NCBI RefSeq assembly: GCF_002201895.1
Contig: NZ_CP019436.1
Location: 1,059,867-1,091,866 of the forward strand
DNA length: 32,000 nucleotides
Direction: 5' to 3'
Source: Methanopyrus sp. SNP6
GTDB taxonomy: Archaea > JAADCQ01 > Methanopyri > Methanopyrales > Methanopyraceae
In this document: positions 7,123 to 15,815 of the stretch, in pieces
Layout of the letters: each line of letters starts with the position of its first letter
How positions within the stretch are numbered: the stretch's first letter is position 1
Position numbers and translations under genes: made by a program
The notes under the pieces: generated by a model
What the model was told of the DNA's origin: nothing
Database searches by the model: none
Seen by the model: the letters and a program-made list of their open reading frames with translations, nothing else

Positions 7123-7535
7123 CGCTCCCCGATTTTCTTCGGCTTAACCACGAGTTTATTACCTTTTACATCCAGTACGACCACTCGCTCCCCCTGCCGT
7201 AACTTGGTCTTAGAGACTGCCCTCCATGGTTCTCCACGTACTTTCACCAATAGTGGGTCCTTTCGGATTACGATGCCTTCATCCCCTTTGAGCTCCCTGA
7301 CGCTCTTCAGAAGAACGTTGTCGCTTTCTTCCGTTCGCCTCAGAACCGCCGCCACCTGCATGAGGAGGACGAACACGCCGGGTGGAAGTGCGGCAACCAG
7401 ATATTCCGTCCCTATCAGGTACGCTCCGACCCACGCGCATACTATCCCTACCGTGGTCACTATACCGGTGTTAAGTACGCAATCTAGAACTACCAGCACC
7501 ACGCCCGAAATGAGGAGACAGAGCTCTTGAGACAA
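7119..7535 (-). CDS. NfeD-like membrane protein (short form, C-terminal OB domain), stomatin operon partner
   Basis: Hydrophobic N-terminal helices are followed by GIVIRKDPLLVKVRGEPWRAVSKTKLRQGERVVVLDVKGNKLVV, typical of the NfeD C-terminal beta-barrel. It shares an ATGA overlap with the stomatin start. The start is TTG 7535, preceded by GGAGGGGT. Confidence 0.7.
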   Translation of the reverse strand: MSQELCLLISGVVLVVLDCVLNTGIVTTVGIVCAWVGAYLIGTEYLVAALPPGVFVLLMQVAAVLRRTEESDNVLLKSVRELKGDEGIVIRKDPLLVKVRGEPWRAVSKTKLRQGERVVVLDVKGNKLVVKPKKIGER

Positions 7536-7570
7536 GGTGTCTACCCCTCCGGAACTATTCTTCAGATCAC

Positions 7571-8899
7571 GTGATATTCGAGCGGGGGAGCCACGTGGAC
7601 GTAGTGATCGGCGCGGGACCTGCCGGCCGCACCTACGCTATGATCCTCGCCGAAGCTGGGCGCGAAGTGTTGCTGCTTGACAGAAACGGAGAGGAAGGAA
7701 TCGGTGGTAAATGCCTGAACGAGGCATGTGTCGTACTCGGCGCGTTGATCGAAGCCGCTAGACTCGTCGTGTGGGCGAAGCTCGGTATTCCGGGAGTGGA
7801 GTTGGACGTCGGGGACACCGACTTCAGGCGTCTAACACGGTCCATAAGAAAAGTCGTAGAGACCATACGACAACGGCTGATCAAAGAGACCAAGAGAACC
7901 GGTGTTGAGATTCGTCGGGCTGAAGCAGTGAAGGTGGACGAATCGCTCAACGTCCACACCAAAGACGGTGACGTTCTCGAAGCCGATAGAGTGCTGATAG
8001 CCACTGGTTCCCGACCGGCGATTCCCGAAGTAGAAGGGATGGATTCGGACGCCGTATTCACTTTTCGGGAAATTTTAGAAATGGAAGTGCCCTCAGAGCT
8101 CTGCGTAGTCGGTGAAGGTGCGACGGCCCTTGAATCCGCCTTCGCTTTCGCTGCTCTCGGGTCCGAAGTAGTTCTGGCGTACAGGTCTAGGATACTACCG
8201 AATGCTCCGGAGGAAGTACGTCGAGAGATCCTCAAGGATCTGGAGCTCGTAGGTGTCAATGCCGTCTGTGCGGGAGAACTTAGGGCGATTCGGGAGACTT
8301 CCAGTGGTGTGGAATGTAGGTTTGAGCGCGGAGCCACCGTGGCGGACGCAGTTCTACTCGCCACCGGCCTCGAACCCAACTCTGATGTTGCTGCCAACTC
8401 CGGACTTCCCTTACGGAAGGACGGGTCCGTCGTGGTGGATGATAGTATGAGAACGTCACGTGATGGGGTCTACGCTGCAGGTGACGTGACAGGGCCTCCA
8501 TACCTGACTCCCGTTGCTCGGTACGAGGGAACGGTTGCCGCACTGAACGCGCTGGGCAAGGACGTCCGACGGGAGAATCCTCTAGCTCCTCGTGTGATCA
8601 GACTCTTCCGAGACTTCGGCCGACTGGAACTGAGGGGGATCGACTGGGAAGGCTCGCTCCCTGCACCGGTGGGTGGACCCGCGTTTTGGATGCTTCATCA
8701 TGGTATCGGTGGTAAGATGGTGTGCAGGAAGCGCGGAGTTACCACCGAGGCGTTCATTGTAGCACCCAGAATCGCACCGATGCTCCCGTACCCGTGCTGT
8801 GTGGAGCCTGACTGGCGGTTGATCGAGGTTCATCCTACTCCGGATCCTATGATTGGACTGCTCAAGCAGCTGGGGCTCCGTAGGACGCTCGGTGAATGA
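7571..8899 (+). CDS. Class I pyridine nucleotide-disulfide oxidoreductase (dihydrolipoamide-dehydrogenase/mercuric-reductase-like flavoprotein)
   Basis: FAD motif DVVIGAGPAGRTYA; redox-active CxxxxC in GGKCLNEACV; NAD(P) motif VVGEGATALESAFAFAALGSEV; GDV motif VYAAGDVTG; HPT-like VHPTP near the C-terminus. The start may instead be GTG 7595 (GGGGGAG SD). Confidence 0.85.
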   Translation: MIFERGSHVDVVIGAGPAGRTYAMILAEAGREVLLLDRNGEEGIGGKCLNEACVVLGALIEAARLVVWAKLGIPGVELDVGDTDFRRLTRSIRKVVETIRQRLIKETKRTGVEIRRAEAVKVDESLNVHTKDGDVLEADRVLIATGSRPAIPEVEGMDSDAVFTFREILEMEVPSELCVVGEGATALESAFAFAALGSEVVLAYRSRILPNAPEEVRREILKDLELVGVNAVCAGELRAIRETSSGVECRFERGATVADAVLLATGLEPNSDVAANSGLPLRKDGSVVVDDSMRTSRDGVYAAGDVTGPPYLTPVARYEGTVAALNALGKDVRRENPLAPRVIRLFRDFGRLELRGIDWEGSLPAPVGGPAFWMLHHGIGGKMVCRKRGVTTEAFIVAPRIAPMLPYPCCVEPDWRLIEVHPTPDPMIGLLKQLGLRRTLGE

Positions 8900-8900
8900 G

Positions 8901-10907
8901 TCATCTGATCTGCTCTCCGGGCTCCACTTCCCTCTTACTTTCGTCGATAGTCAACAATGCGGGTTCGTCCCCAACGGCCAGTATCATCGCTTCCGACCGT
9001 ACGCCAAACATCTCTTTGGGCTGGATGTTAGTTAGCACGACCACCTTACGTCCGACGAGTTCCTCCGGCTCATACGTAGGGTACAGTCCGGCTACTGCTG
9101 TTACGGTACGATCCCCGACATCGATCCGGAGCTTGATGAGTCGATCAGATCCCTCGATACGTTCCGCTTCTTTGACCTCGCCTACCCGCAGGTCCAATCG
9201 ATTGAACTCCTCGAGCGATACGTACTCATCGTCCGGCCCTTCGGACTCTCCTAATTCTTCCGGCAGTAACGCCTTAGCTTTCTGAAGGTCCTCCTCCGTT
9301 ACCTTCGGGAAGATGGGTTCAGGCTTCGGGATTTCCCTAGCTTCTACGTCCTTCAAGGCTTCTTCCCAATCGACATCATGTACGGAGTCCTCATAACCGA
9401 GGCTTTGCCACATCTTCTCCGCACTATCCGGAAGGAACGGGGCTAACATTATAGCTAGTGCTTTCACGATCCTAGCGCACCCACGTAGAACCTCGGCACA
9501 ACGCTCTGGATCTTCGTCCTTAAGTTTCCACGGTTCATGTTCTTGGAAATATTCGTTCCCAAACTTAGATAGACGTAATACTTCAGTGAGCGCCTCCCTG
9601 AATCGGAACTTCTCCAGATGTTTCGTCACGCGCCGGTGAGTTTCTTTTATCCTGTCGACTATCTCCTGGTCAGTCTCGGCTTCGGGGACGTTCCCGTCTA
9701 AGAATCTGTAAATGAACGATAGCGTGCGATACACGAAGTTGCCTAAGTTAGCCACTAACTCGTTGTTCACACGGTCTCGGAAGTCTTCCCATGAGAAATC
9801 TGCATCCCTAGTGAGAGGGCTTACCACTATGAGGTAGTATCGTAGTAGATCCGCGGGGAACAACTTAGTGAAGTCTCTAACCCACACTACCCAACCACGA
9901 CTTGTACTCATCTTCTCTCCTTCTAGGGTCAGATACTCACCAGCTACGATAGTGTATGGAAGAGTCGCTCCGACGCCAATGAGCATGGCTGGCCAGAACA
10001 GAGCGTGATGGATTATTATGTCCTTACCGATGAAGTGAACTATTTTCGTATCTTCACTAAACCAGTAGTCTTTCCAGTTCTGGCCTGTTCTATTACAGTA
10101 TTGTTTTGTGAACGTTACGTACCCTATAGGGGCATCGAACCAAACGTAAAACACCTTATCTTCGTATCTTTCCAGAGGAACGGGTACTCCCCAATCTAGA
10201 TCACGTACTATATCCCAATCCTTAAGTCCTTCACGGACCCATTGGATGGCGTAATTACGTACGTTCTTAGGTAGATTATCATTGGACTTTAACCACTTTT
10301 TCAGATCTTCCTCGAACTCACTGAGCTTGAAGAATAGGTGCATAGTGCGCCGGACCTCTGGCTTCGATCCACAAATGACACACCTCGGCTCTTTGAGCTG
10401 TACGGGCTCCAGGTAGCGACCGCAAGCCTCGCAATGGTCGCCTCGGGCACCTTCAGCACCGCAGTAGGGACATACTCCTTCGACGTACCTGTCCGGTAGA
10501 GGTCTTTCGCACTCAGGACAGTAGAGCTGTTCGACCTCTCTTTCCTCTATGTACCCCTCCTCGTATAATCTCTTGAAAAACCATTGTGTCATATCTACGT
10601 GGTCGGGATTGAATTCGCGACAGGTGCATGAGAACTCGTCGAAATGAATGTTCAATCGCTCTAGATCCTCTTCGATCATCTCATGATATTTTTCCACGAT
10701 TTCCTCGGGATCCTTCCCCTCGAGCTCGGCCTGTAGCGCTATAGGGACTCCGTGATTGTCAGTCCCACCGATGTGTATGGCGTCGACGCCACGCATTTTG
10801 AGGAACCTCGTGTACACATCTGCGGGAAGGTACGTACTCCTAACGTGGCCGATGTGGAGCGGGCCGTTAGTGTACGCCAGGGCCGTAGTTACGAGTACCT
10901 TCTCCAT
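8901..10907 (-). CDS. metG: Methionyl-tRNA synthetase with C-terminal tRNA-binding (Trbp111/EMAPII-like) domain
   Basis: HIGH motif (PLHIGHV), KMSKS variant (KMSTSRG), Zn knuckles (CPECERPL...CPYCG...CEACG) and a C-terminal LDLRVGEVKEAERIEGSDRLIKLRIDVG OB domain. I prefer ATG 10907 (MEKVLVTT, GGGGGT 7 nt upstream) over the track start 10928. Confidence 0.95.
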   Translation of the reverse strand: MEKVLVTTALAYTNGPLHIGHVRSTYLPADVYTRFLKMRGVDAIHIGGTDNHGVPIALQAELEGKDPEEIVEKYHEMIEEDLERLNIHFDEFSCTCREFNPDHVDMTQWFFKRLYEEGYIEEREVEQLYCPECERPLPDRYVEGVCPYCGAEGARGDHCEACGRYLEPVQLKEPRCVICGSKPEVRRTMHLFFKLSEFEEDLKKWLKSNDNLPKNVRNYAIQWVREGLKDWDIVRDLDWGVPVPLERYEDKVFYVWFDAPIGYVTFTKQYCNRTGQNWKDYWFSEDTKIVHFIGKDIIIHHALFWPAMLIGVGATLPYTIVAGEYLTLEGEKMSTSRGWVVWVRDFTKLFPADLLRYYLIVVSPLTRDADFSWEDFRDRVNNELVANLGNFVYRTLSFIYRFLDGNVPEAETDQEIVDRIKETHRRVTKHLEKFRFREALTEVLRLSKFGNEYFQEHEPWKLKDEDPERCAEVLRGCARIVKALAIMLAPFLPDSAEKMWQSLGYEDSVHDVDWEEALKDVEAREIPKPEPIFPKVTEEDLQKAKALLPEELGESEGPDDEYVSLEEFNRLDLRVGEVKEAERIEGSDRLIKLRIDVGDRTVTAVAGLYPTYEPEELVGRKVVVLTNIQPKEMFGVRSEAMILAVGDEPALLTIDESKREVEPGEQIR

Positions 10908-10912
10908 ACTGG

Positions 10913-12280
10913 CTACCCCCAAATGCACCGGGCTACGTCCGTGAACGTCACTATCCGAGACACGACCACCCCGTGGCGTCTCAACTGCTTCACCATAGAA
11001 GGTACGAGATTCACCTCGCGATCGACCTCGGCTCCCAGTTCGACCCGGTAGACGCTCCCCATCTTTTTGACGCCGAGGACTCCAACCACACCGCTTGTAG
11101 ACTTCAGGGATTCGGTTAAGTCGCGTGGGGAACCGTACAGGACTCGCAGCTCCAAGATGTACCCGCGAATTTTACGGACCTTCGCTTTGGGAACCCGTGG
11201 TTTGATGCCACACTTCGTTTTCACACAGGCCGTTACGCGGCCGCCGGTGACGCGGATAGAAACCGCTTCCACTCCCGGAATTCGCGACAGTTCGGCGAGT
11301 ACTTCCGCTGGGTTCCCGTCCGACACGTCGACTCGATAGTAATCGTGTTTCGATGCCATCCCTAACGTGGAGCGTAGCAGTTCCGCTACTGGGAGATGGG
11401 GCACGAGCATGCCGAGTAGGCATAACGATACCGCCAGTATGCCCCTTCGAGTGATCCTGTCGGTTGTGGATGGGAGCAGAGAGGATAGGAAAACCGTCCA
11501 GAGGTACGTCAACGTATGATACGTCGGTAGGTAGAACAGGACTTGGCGGAACGCGTCCAGACCTCCTAACACCCCGAGCGAGGTTATCGGTGGAGCGACG
11601 GTTCTGATCCTCGAAGCTAAGAATATCGACAGACCCACGACGGACGGGTTTGCCAACGGTCCGCCGTCCAAGCACCCGAAGCAGAGCAGGAACCCCGCAA
11701 TCGACAAGATGACGGCTTTTTCGGTCCGGTCGGATCGTAAAGGCACTATCCACGCTAGTACTACGTAAGCTATCGCCAGCAAGGCGAATACTGGAAGTGG
11801 TACCCACGGTGGTAGCACGGACGACAGGGGTATGCCGCAGTGGAATTCGATTTTAGGTTCTCCAAATATTGCCGAAATCAGCGTTCCGAGACACGCCTTC
11901 ACGGCGTGACAGTGGTAAAGGGAGGACGTCTCTGGGCGCTCCGTTAGCGTGACTATACAGGTGCCTAAGCCCGGGCTGAACCCGGCTTCATACGTCATCA
12001 GTATCTGGAGCACCGGAGGCACCGCTAGGATGGCCACTATCAGCGCGTACGTCACCCAAGTATCGATCTTCGGGAGGGGTATCCGTGAACGGTACGGGAG
12101 TACGAGGAAAAGCAGGCCGAGGTGTAGGAGAAACATGACGTCCTTAGCTTCAGTTGACCCTAATATTACTGGGTAGAGCGCATCGTGCACCCTCCATTTG
12201 ACCTCGGAGTCGGAGATCAGGACTACGGCGGCCAGTGTCAAACATGCGGCCGATAATAAAATCGGCCCACGGATTCTCAC
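10913..12280 (-). CDS. Uncharacterised polytopic membrane protein fused to a C-terminal soluble domain (paralogue 1, fused form)
   Basis: GTG start at 12280. About 9 hydrophobic helices are followed by ~140 aa of beta/alpha-type sequence (YYRVDVSDGNPAEVLAELSRIPGVEAVSIRV...GSVYRVELGAE). It shares YP.(I/L).GSTEAK, (L/A)HLGL, ETSSL.H.H..KAC.G and (L/V)DGG motifs with ORF 12951..13802. Confidence 0.7.
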   Translation of the reverse strand: MRIRGPILLSAACLTLAAVVLISDSEVKWRVHDALYPVILGSTEAKDVMFLLHLGLLFLVLPYRSRIPLPKIDTWVTYALIVAILAVPPVLQILMTYEAGFSPGLGTCIVTLTERPETSSLYHCHAVKACLGTLISAIFGEPKIEFHCGIPLSSVLPPWVPLPVFALLAIAYVVLAWIVPLRSDRTEKAVILSIAGFLLCFGCLDGGPLANPSVVGLSIFLASRIRTVAPPITSLGVLGGLDAFRQVLFYLPTYHTLTYLWTVFLSSLLPSTTDRITRRGILAVSLCLLGMLVPHLPVAELLRSTLGMASKHDYYRVDVSDGNPAEVLAELSRIPGVEAVSIRVTGGRVTACVKTKCGIKPRVPKAKVRKIRGYILELRVLYGSPRDLTESLKSTSGVVGVLGVKKMGSVYRVELGAEVDREVNLVPSMVKQLRRHGVVVSRIVTFTDVARCIWG

Positions 12281-12333
12281 CGTTGGTTTGCCCGTTATTC
12301 CGTCTTTCCCTACCGCCTATTAACGTTCCCCGG

Positions 12334-12957
12334 TCATAGAACGTATCCCCACTTTACCGGCGTCACGTTGGCGATCCCCACAGGCTTTAGACCGGCTATC
12401 TTCAGTGCGCCAGTAATCGAGTAAGCCACCGGGTACTCCTTCTCTAACGAGGCGACTTCGAATACGTACACCGAACCTCGGCGTTCCACTTTGAATACTG
12501 CGAGAATCGTCGGAGCACTCGCCACTTTGCGTGCAGCTACACTCGCCGGGATCTTCGGATCCTCCGTGGCAACTTCAACCACATAAGCGTTCACGGAGTT
12601 CAAGAATACTGCCGGTGCTTTTCCGAGACCCTCTTTCCTTAACGCCTGACTCAGTTCTTGCGTTAAATCGTACTTCGACACCGGAGTGGGCGCCTTCACT
12701 ATGATATACGCGTCACACGATGAAGGCGCTGTTCTAACTCCTCCCACCCTGATCACATAAGGACACTTAAGCAGTGCCCGTTTAACCTCCTCGGGCTTCA
12801 CCGACCCCTTGACGTTTGTAATCGCCACGTGATAACACCCGACTCTGGCTCCCTTTGAAGAGATCGACCACTGGTAAGCTATCACTCCCATCAACGCACC
12901 GATAGAGGCCGCCGAAATGAGTAGGACGGCTACGATTTTAGTCCTCAACACTACCAC
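12334..12957 (-). CDS. Membrane-anchored protein homologous to the C-terminal domain of paralogue 1 (paralogue 2, split soluble part)
   Basis: I start it at GTG 12957 (AGGAGG 5 nt upstream; it overlaps the TAG of the upstream gene). It has one N-terminal TM (IVAVLLISAASIGALMGVIAY) followed by CYHVAITNVKGSVKPEEVKRALLKCPYVIRV...GSVYVFEVASLE, which parallels the C-terminus of 10913..12280. The track ORF extends to 13140 inside the upstream gene. Confidence 0.6.
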   Translation of the reverse strand: MVVLRTKIVAVLLISAASIGALMGVIAYQWSISSKGARVGCYHVAITNVKGSVKPEEVKRALLKCPYVIRVGGVRTAPSSCDAYIIVKAPTPVSKYDLTQELSQALRKEGLGKAPAVFLNSVNAYVVEVATEDPKIPASVAARKVASAPTILAVFKVERRGSVYVFEVASLEKEYPVAYSITGALKIAGLKPVGIANVTPVKWGYVL

Positions 12958-13802
12958 CCCTGCCTCCTTGCGATCGCGGTCATCAGGAAGAGGGCCACCG
13001 CCCACACTACGGAGTATGGTGCTAATGGGGATGTTAGGTACCAAACTACACGAATCGTCGCCTGAAGGAGCATCGGTGTCAGGCCGATGAGGACGGCGAT
13101 GACCACGTATCGTCGTATGGGAAGCGGTCTTAACGTCCACACGATGAGCATTCCTAGTCCGATAACCATCGGTTTACACATGAACCCTCCATCTACTGCT
13201 CCGAGCACTACGAGAAATCCTGCCCACGAGAGTAGTAGCGATTCGACCGCACTCCCGCGCTTGAGGAACACAGCCAATGGTGATAGGATGGCTAAAACCA
13301 CGTATGATGCGATTACGACGGCGGTGAAGATTGTGGCGGCCCATGTGGGCATGAACTTAGACAGAACAGACCCATAGTGGTACTTAGTCGGAATCGGACC
13401 TATGATGTAGTTCATGATCTTCCCTACACACGCCTTGAGGGAGTGGGTGTGAACCAGCGAGGAGGTCTCACCGACCGACGATCCTCCGGATACGACGACC
13501 AAAGTACCAGCTTTCAGGCCGTACGGGGTGTTGTATTGTAGTATCATCTGGGCTAGGTAGGGACTAGTAATGATCAGAAGCGTAATACATAGTATCAGTC
13601 TCCTCGAAGCGAGGGTCTCGGTCCATCGACTCGGCATCGAGGGGAATGACCAAAGCAATAGGCACATCAGCCCGAGATGGGCTAGTAGTATAGCAGGTTT
13701 AGCCTCGGTGGATCCCGTTAGAAGTGGGTAGAAGAACTCCCTAAAGATTCCATCGAGAGGCGTATCGGTCAGAATAAGGGTGGCAGAGATCAAGAGTAAC
13801 AC
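12951..13802 (-). CDS. Uncharacterised polytopic membrane protein (paralogue 2, split membrane part)
   Basis: 283 aa and about 8 TM helices. It is alignable along its length with residues ~30-300 of 10913..12280 (FYPLLTGSTEAKPAILLAHLGL; GETSSLVHTHSLKACVGKI; GAVDGGF). Confidence 0.7.
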   Translation of the reverse strand: MLLLISATLILTDTPLDGIFREFFYPLLTGSTEAKPAILLAHLGLMCLLLWSFPSMPSRWTETLASRRLILCITLLIITSPYLAQMILQYNTPYGLKAGTLVVVSGGSSVGETSSLVHTHSLKACVGKIMNYIIGPIPTKYHYGSVLSKFMPTWAATIFTAVVIASYVVLAILSPLAVFLKRGSAVESLLLSWAGFLVVLGAVDGGFMCKPMVIGLGMLIVWTLRPLPIRRYVVIAVLIGLTPMLLQATIRVVWYLTSPLAPYSVVWAVALFLMTAIARRQGW

Positions 13803-13824
13803 GATCGATGCGGCGAAGTAGGGA

Positions 13825-14796
13825 TTACTCGGCTTTGAAGATCTCTTCGACGATCTCCGCGACGGCGCTTCGCCCCCTTCTTATGAGCCACTCTCCGCGC
13901 GGCTTGCTGGCCATTTGGACGGCGTCCTCTGTACCGGAGCTTTCGCTTAAGTACATTACCGGTACGCCGGACTCTTCGGCGATCCAGTGACTCAAGTGCG
14001 TGGGATGCACTTCCGACACCTTCACGGCCTTCTTCGCCACCACACAGGCTTCTATCGTGACCCCGAACCCTCCGGTGAACACTACCGTATCGGCTAGCAT
14101 CATTACTCCGGGTAAATCTACGAATTCCCGAACGCACTCGAAGCCCTCTGGAGGACTTACCCTGAACGGCACCACCACGGGGTCGTGATCCTCGAGATCG
14201 AGGAGCAGTCGTCGAGCTCCTTCCTCCGTGATGTCGCCACCCAAGCATACCAGTACGCGACCTTCGTATTCTTCCGGTACGGGTCCCGGAATACGACCGG
14301 ATAGGTGACGATCCGCCAGGTACTGAGCTAACGGTGCCCCGGAAACCACCTTAGTTTCAACTCCTGCCCGTCGTTCTAGTACTTCCGCCCACCTTTCCGA
14401 GAAGGGCACCAGTACGTGTGTCGCCCATCGGACGGCCTCCACGGGGTTGTACACGTCCATCTCCAAGTGTACTGAAGGGATTCCAAGTATCCGAGACGCT
14501 ATCAGAGACTTCCTAGCGTCCCCGGTGTTACCGGATGAGAGTACCACTGAAGCACGCTCCGACGCCAGAGCCCGTACGGTCCGTATTAAGTCAACGGAGA
14601 ATCCTATATACCCCAGTAATCCTTGCCTCCTTCGGGGCTTTCCCAGCCGCTCCGTCTCGATACCTTCCCATTTTAGTACCTCGACACCACGTCCGTGCCC
14701 GTAGACTGTTACTTCCCACCCTTCCTCTAGGAGTCGCTCCCACACCGGGAGGAGGTTCTTGGCCGGAGACGGTTCTACGAGGCTGAAAACTTTCAT
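13825..14796 (-). CDS. GT-B-fold glycosyltransferase-like protein (MurG/DUF354-like), tentative
   Basis: I use ATG 14796 (MKVFSLVE; GGTGA SD; 4 nt after the hisB stop). There are two Rossmann-like halves: an N-terminal beta-strand plus LLEEGWEVTVYG, and a C-terminal ADTVVFTGGFGVTIEACVVAKKAV reminiscent of the MurG-type donor-binding half. Confidence 0.4.
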   Translation of the reverse strand: MKVFSLVEPSPAKNLLPVWERLLEEGWEVTVYGHGRGVEVLKWEGIETERLGKPRRRQGLLGYIGFSVDLIRTVRALASERASVVLSSGNTGDARKSLIASRILGIPSVHLEMDVYNPVEAVRWATHVLVPFSERWAEVLERRAGVETKVVSGAPLAQYLADRHLSGRIPGPVPEEYEGRVLVCLGGDITEEGARRLLLDLEDHDPVVVPFRVSPPEGFECVREFVDLPGVMMLADTVVFTGGFGVTIEACVVAKKAVKVSEVHPTHLSHWIAEESGVPVMYLSESSGTEDAVQMASKPRGEWLIRRGRSAVAEIVEEIFKAE

Positions 14797-14800
14797 CCGC

Positions 14801-15406
14801 TCACCCGCGTCGGAGTGTTCCTTTAGTTGATGGCACCCCGTCATCGACTACTTCCTTCGCTGCGCCGAGCGCGCGGCCTACAGCCTTAAACATGGCTTCG
14901 ATGGCGTGATGGTCGTTGTCCCACCACCGCACCGCCACGTGCATGGTTACACCGGCGTGATCGCAGAAGCTCTTCCAGAAGTGTGAGACGTTCTCCGTGG
15001 ACAATGGGGGACAACCGATTTTATCGCGTCGAGGTTGATACCCCCTTAGGACGAAGTAGGGCCTCCCGGAGATATCTACGGCACATTCCACCAGCGCTTC
15101 ATCCATGGGCACCAGCGCCCATGCGATTCGTCGGATACCCTCGCGATCTCCGAGTGCTTTGTTCAAAGCTTTACCCAAACATATACCGACGTCCTCGACG
15201 GTATGATGATCGTCGACCTCTAGGTCGCCTCGAGCTTTAATCTCAACATCTATGCGTCCGTGAAAGGCGAACTGGTGCAGGAGGTGGTCGAAAAACGGAA
15301 GACCGGTGTCGACCTTGGCGTGACCGGATCCGTCTAAGTTCACGCTCACCTCAACTTCCGTTTCCTTCGTCGTACGCTTGACATCCGCCGTCCGCACCGA
15401 GTCCAC
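14801..15406 (-). CDS. hisB: Imidazoleglycerol-phosphate dehydratase
   Basis: RTTKETEVEVSVNLDG...DTGLPFFDHLLHQFAFHGRIDVEIKARGDLEVDDHHTVEDVGICLG...VPMDEAL...DISGRPY...HHAIEAMFKAVGRAL. The start is placed at GTG 15406 (201 aa, normal length). The ORF is open to 15502, but that form would overlap the divergent gene. Confidence 0.9.
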   Translation of the reverse strand: MDSVRTADVKRTTKETEVEVSVNLDGSGHAKVDTGLPFFDHLLHQFAFHGRIDVEIKARGDLEVDDHHTVEDVGICLGKALNKALGDREGIRRIAWALVPMDEALVECAVDISGRPYFVLRGYQPRRDKIGCPPLSTENVSHFWKSFCDHAGVTMHVAVRWWDNDHHAIEAMFKAVGRALGAAKEVVDDGVPSTKGTLRRG

Positions 15407-15432
15407 CCCATTGCAAACGTCGGTCGACGGCA

Positions 15433-15441
15433 GTAAATAAC
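15433..15441. promoter_or_regulatory. Putative bidirectional TATA element (GTAAATAAC) for hisB and the divergent OB-fold gene
   Basis: This is the main AT-rich block in the 64-nt spacer. Its centre is ~31 nt from GTG 15406 and ~34 nt from ATG 15471. With archaeal TATA-to-TSS spacing of about 25-27 nt, both mRNAs would be leaderless or nearly so. Confidence 0.3.
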
Positions 15442-15470
15442 GCGAGTGTACGGCTCGATTTAGGGTCCTC

Positions 15471-15815
15471 ATGGAGAAGACGATCTCCATAGTCTGCATC
15501 ACCCTAGGTGCCGTGCTACTTTGGATGTCTTCCGGTACTTCTCATCAGGTGATCGGGGCTAGAGAGTTGCAGTCGACAGATGACGGAACATTAGTAAGGA
15601 TCAAAGGCGAGGTGATGCAGGTGAAGGCAGTGAGCGGCGGCGCGGAAGTTGTCATTCTAGACGCGGGGGACGGGACGGTGACTGTGTTCCTCAGTAGGGA
15701 GGCCGCAAGTACTTTGGCCCCGAGCCCCGGAGAATCGCTGGAAGTGGTAGGAAGAGTGGAAGAATATCGAGGGCGGAAGGAAGTCCGTGTGGATTCGTCA
15801 GTACGTGCTCGGTAA
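15471..15815 (+). CDS. Membrane-anchored OB-fold protein (tRNA_anti/nucleic-acid-binding-like OB domain)
   Basis: An N-terminal TM (ISIVCITLGAVLLWM) is followed by LVRIKGEVMQVKAVSGGAEVVILDAGDGTVTVFLS...GESLEVVGRVEEYRGRKEVRV, the usual OB pattern of that domain. Confidence 0.55.
   Translation: MEKTISIVCITLGAVLLWMSSGTSHQVIGARELQSTDDGTLVRIKGEVMQVKAVSGGAEVVILDAGDGTVTVFLSREAASTLAPSPGESLEVVGRVEEYRGRKEVRVDSSVRAR

Noticed and set aside
6787-7530. 247-aa + strand ORF across the stomatin/NfeD locus
   Set aside because: It is antisense to two genes with clear family motifs. Its composition is Ser/Thr/Arg/Pro-rich and it has no motif.
7633-8397. 254-aa minus-strand ORF inside the flavoprotein gene
   Set aside because: It is a Ser/Thr/Ala/Arg-rich shadow of a gene with unmistakable FAD/NAD and CxxxxC motifs.
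8893-8903. Palindrome ATGAGTCAT at the junction of the flavoprotein and metG
   Set aside because: It is simply the two convergent TGA stop codons placed back to back. It is too short to argue for a terminator hairpin.
11172-11807. 211-aa minus-strand ORF in another frame of the membrane-protein gene
   Set aside because: It is Arg/Ser/Gly/Pro-rich with no hydrophobic periodicity. The alternative frame (10913..12280) has a paralogue elsewhere in the window, which is strong evidence for that frame.
10913-13802. Idea that the paralogous membrane domain is an archaeosortase/exosortase-type transpeptidase, because of the conserved KAC(L/V)G block
   Set aside because: Only the Cys-Gly context is reminiscent. 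I could not find the conserved Arg and His blocks in the expected order, and the neighbouring proteins lack C-terminal sorting signals. This is too weak to call.
13790-14248. 152-aa Arg-rich ORF overlapping the GT-B-like gene in another frame
   Set aside because: It is extremely Arg/Gly/Ser-rich, lies same-strand off-frame, and has no start context. It is a composition artefact.
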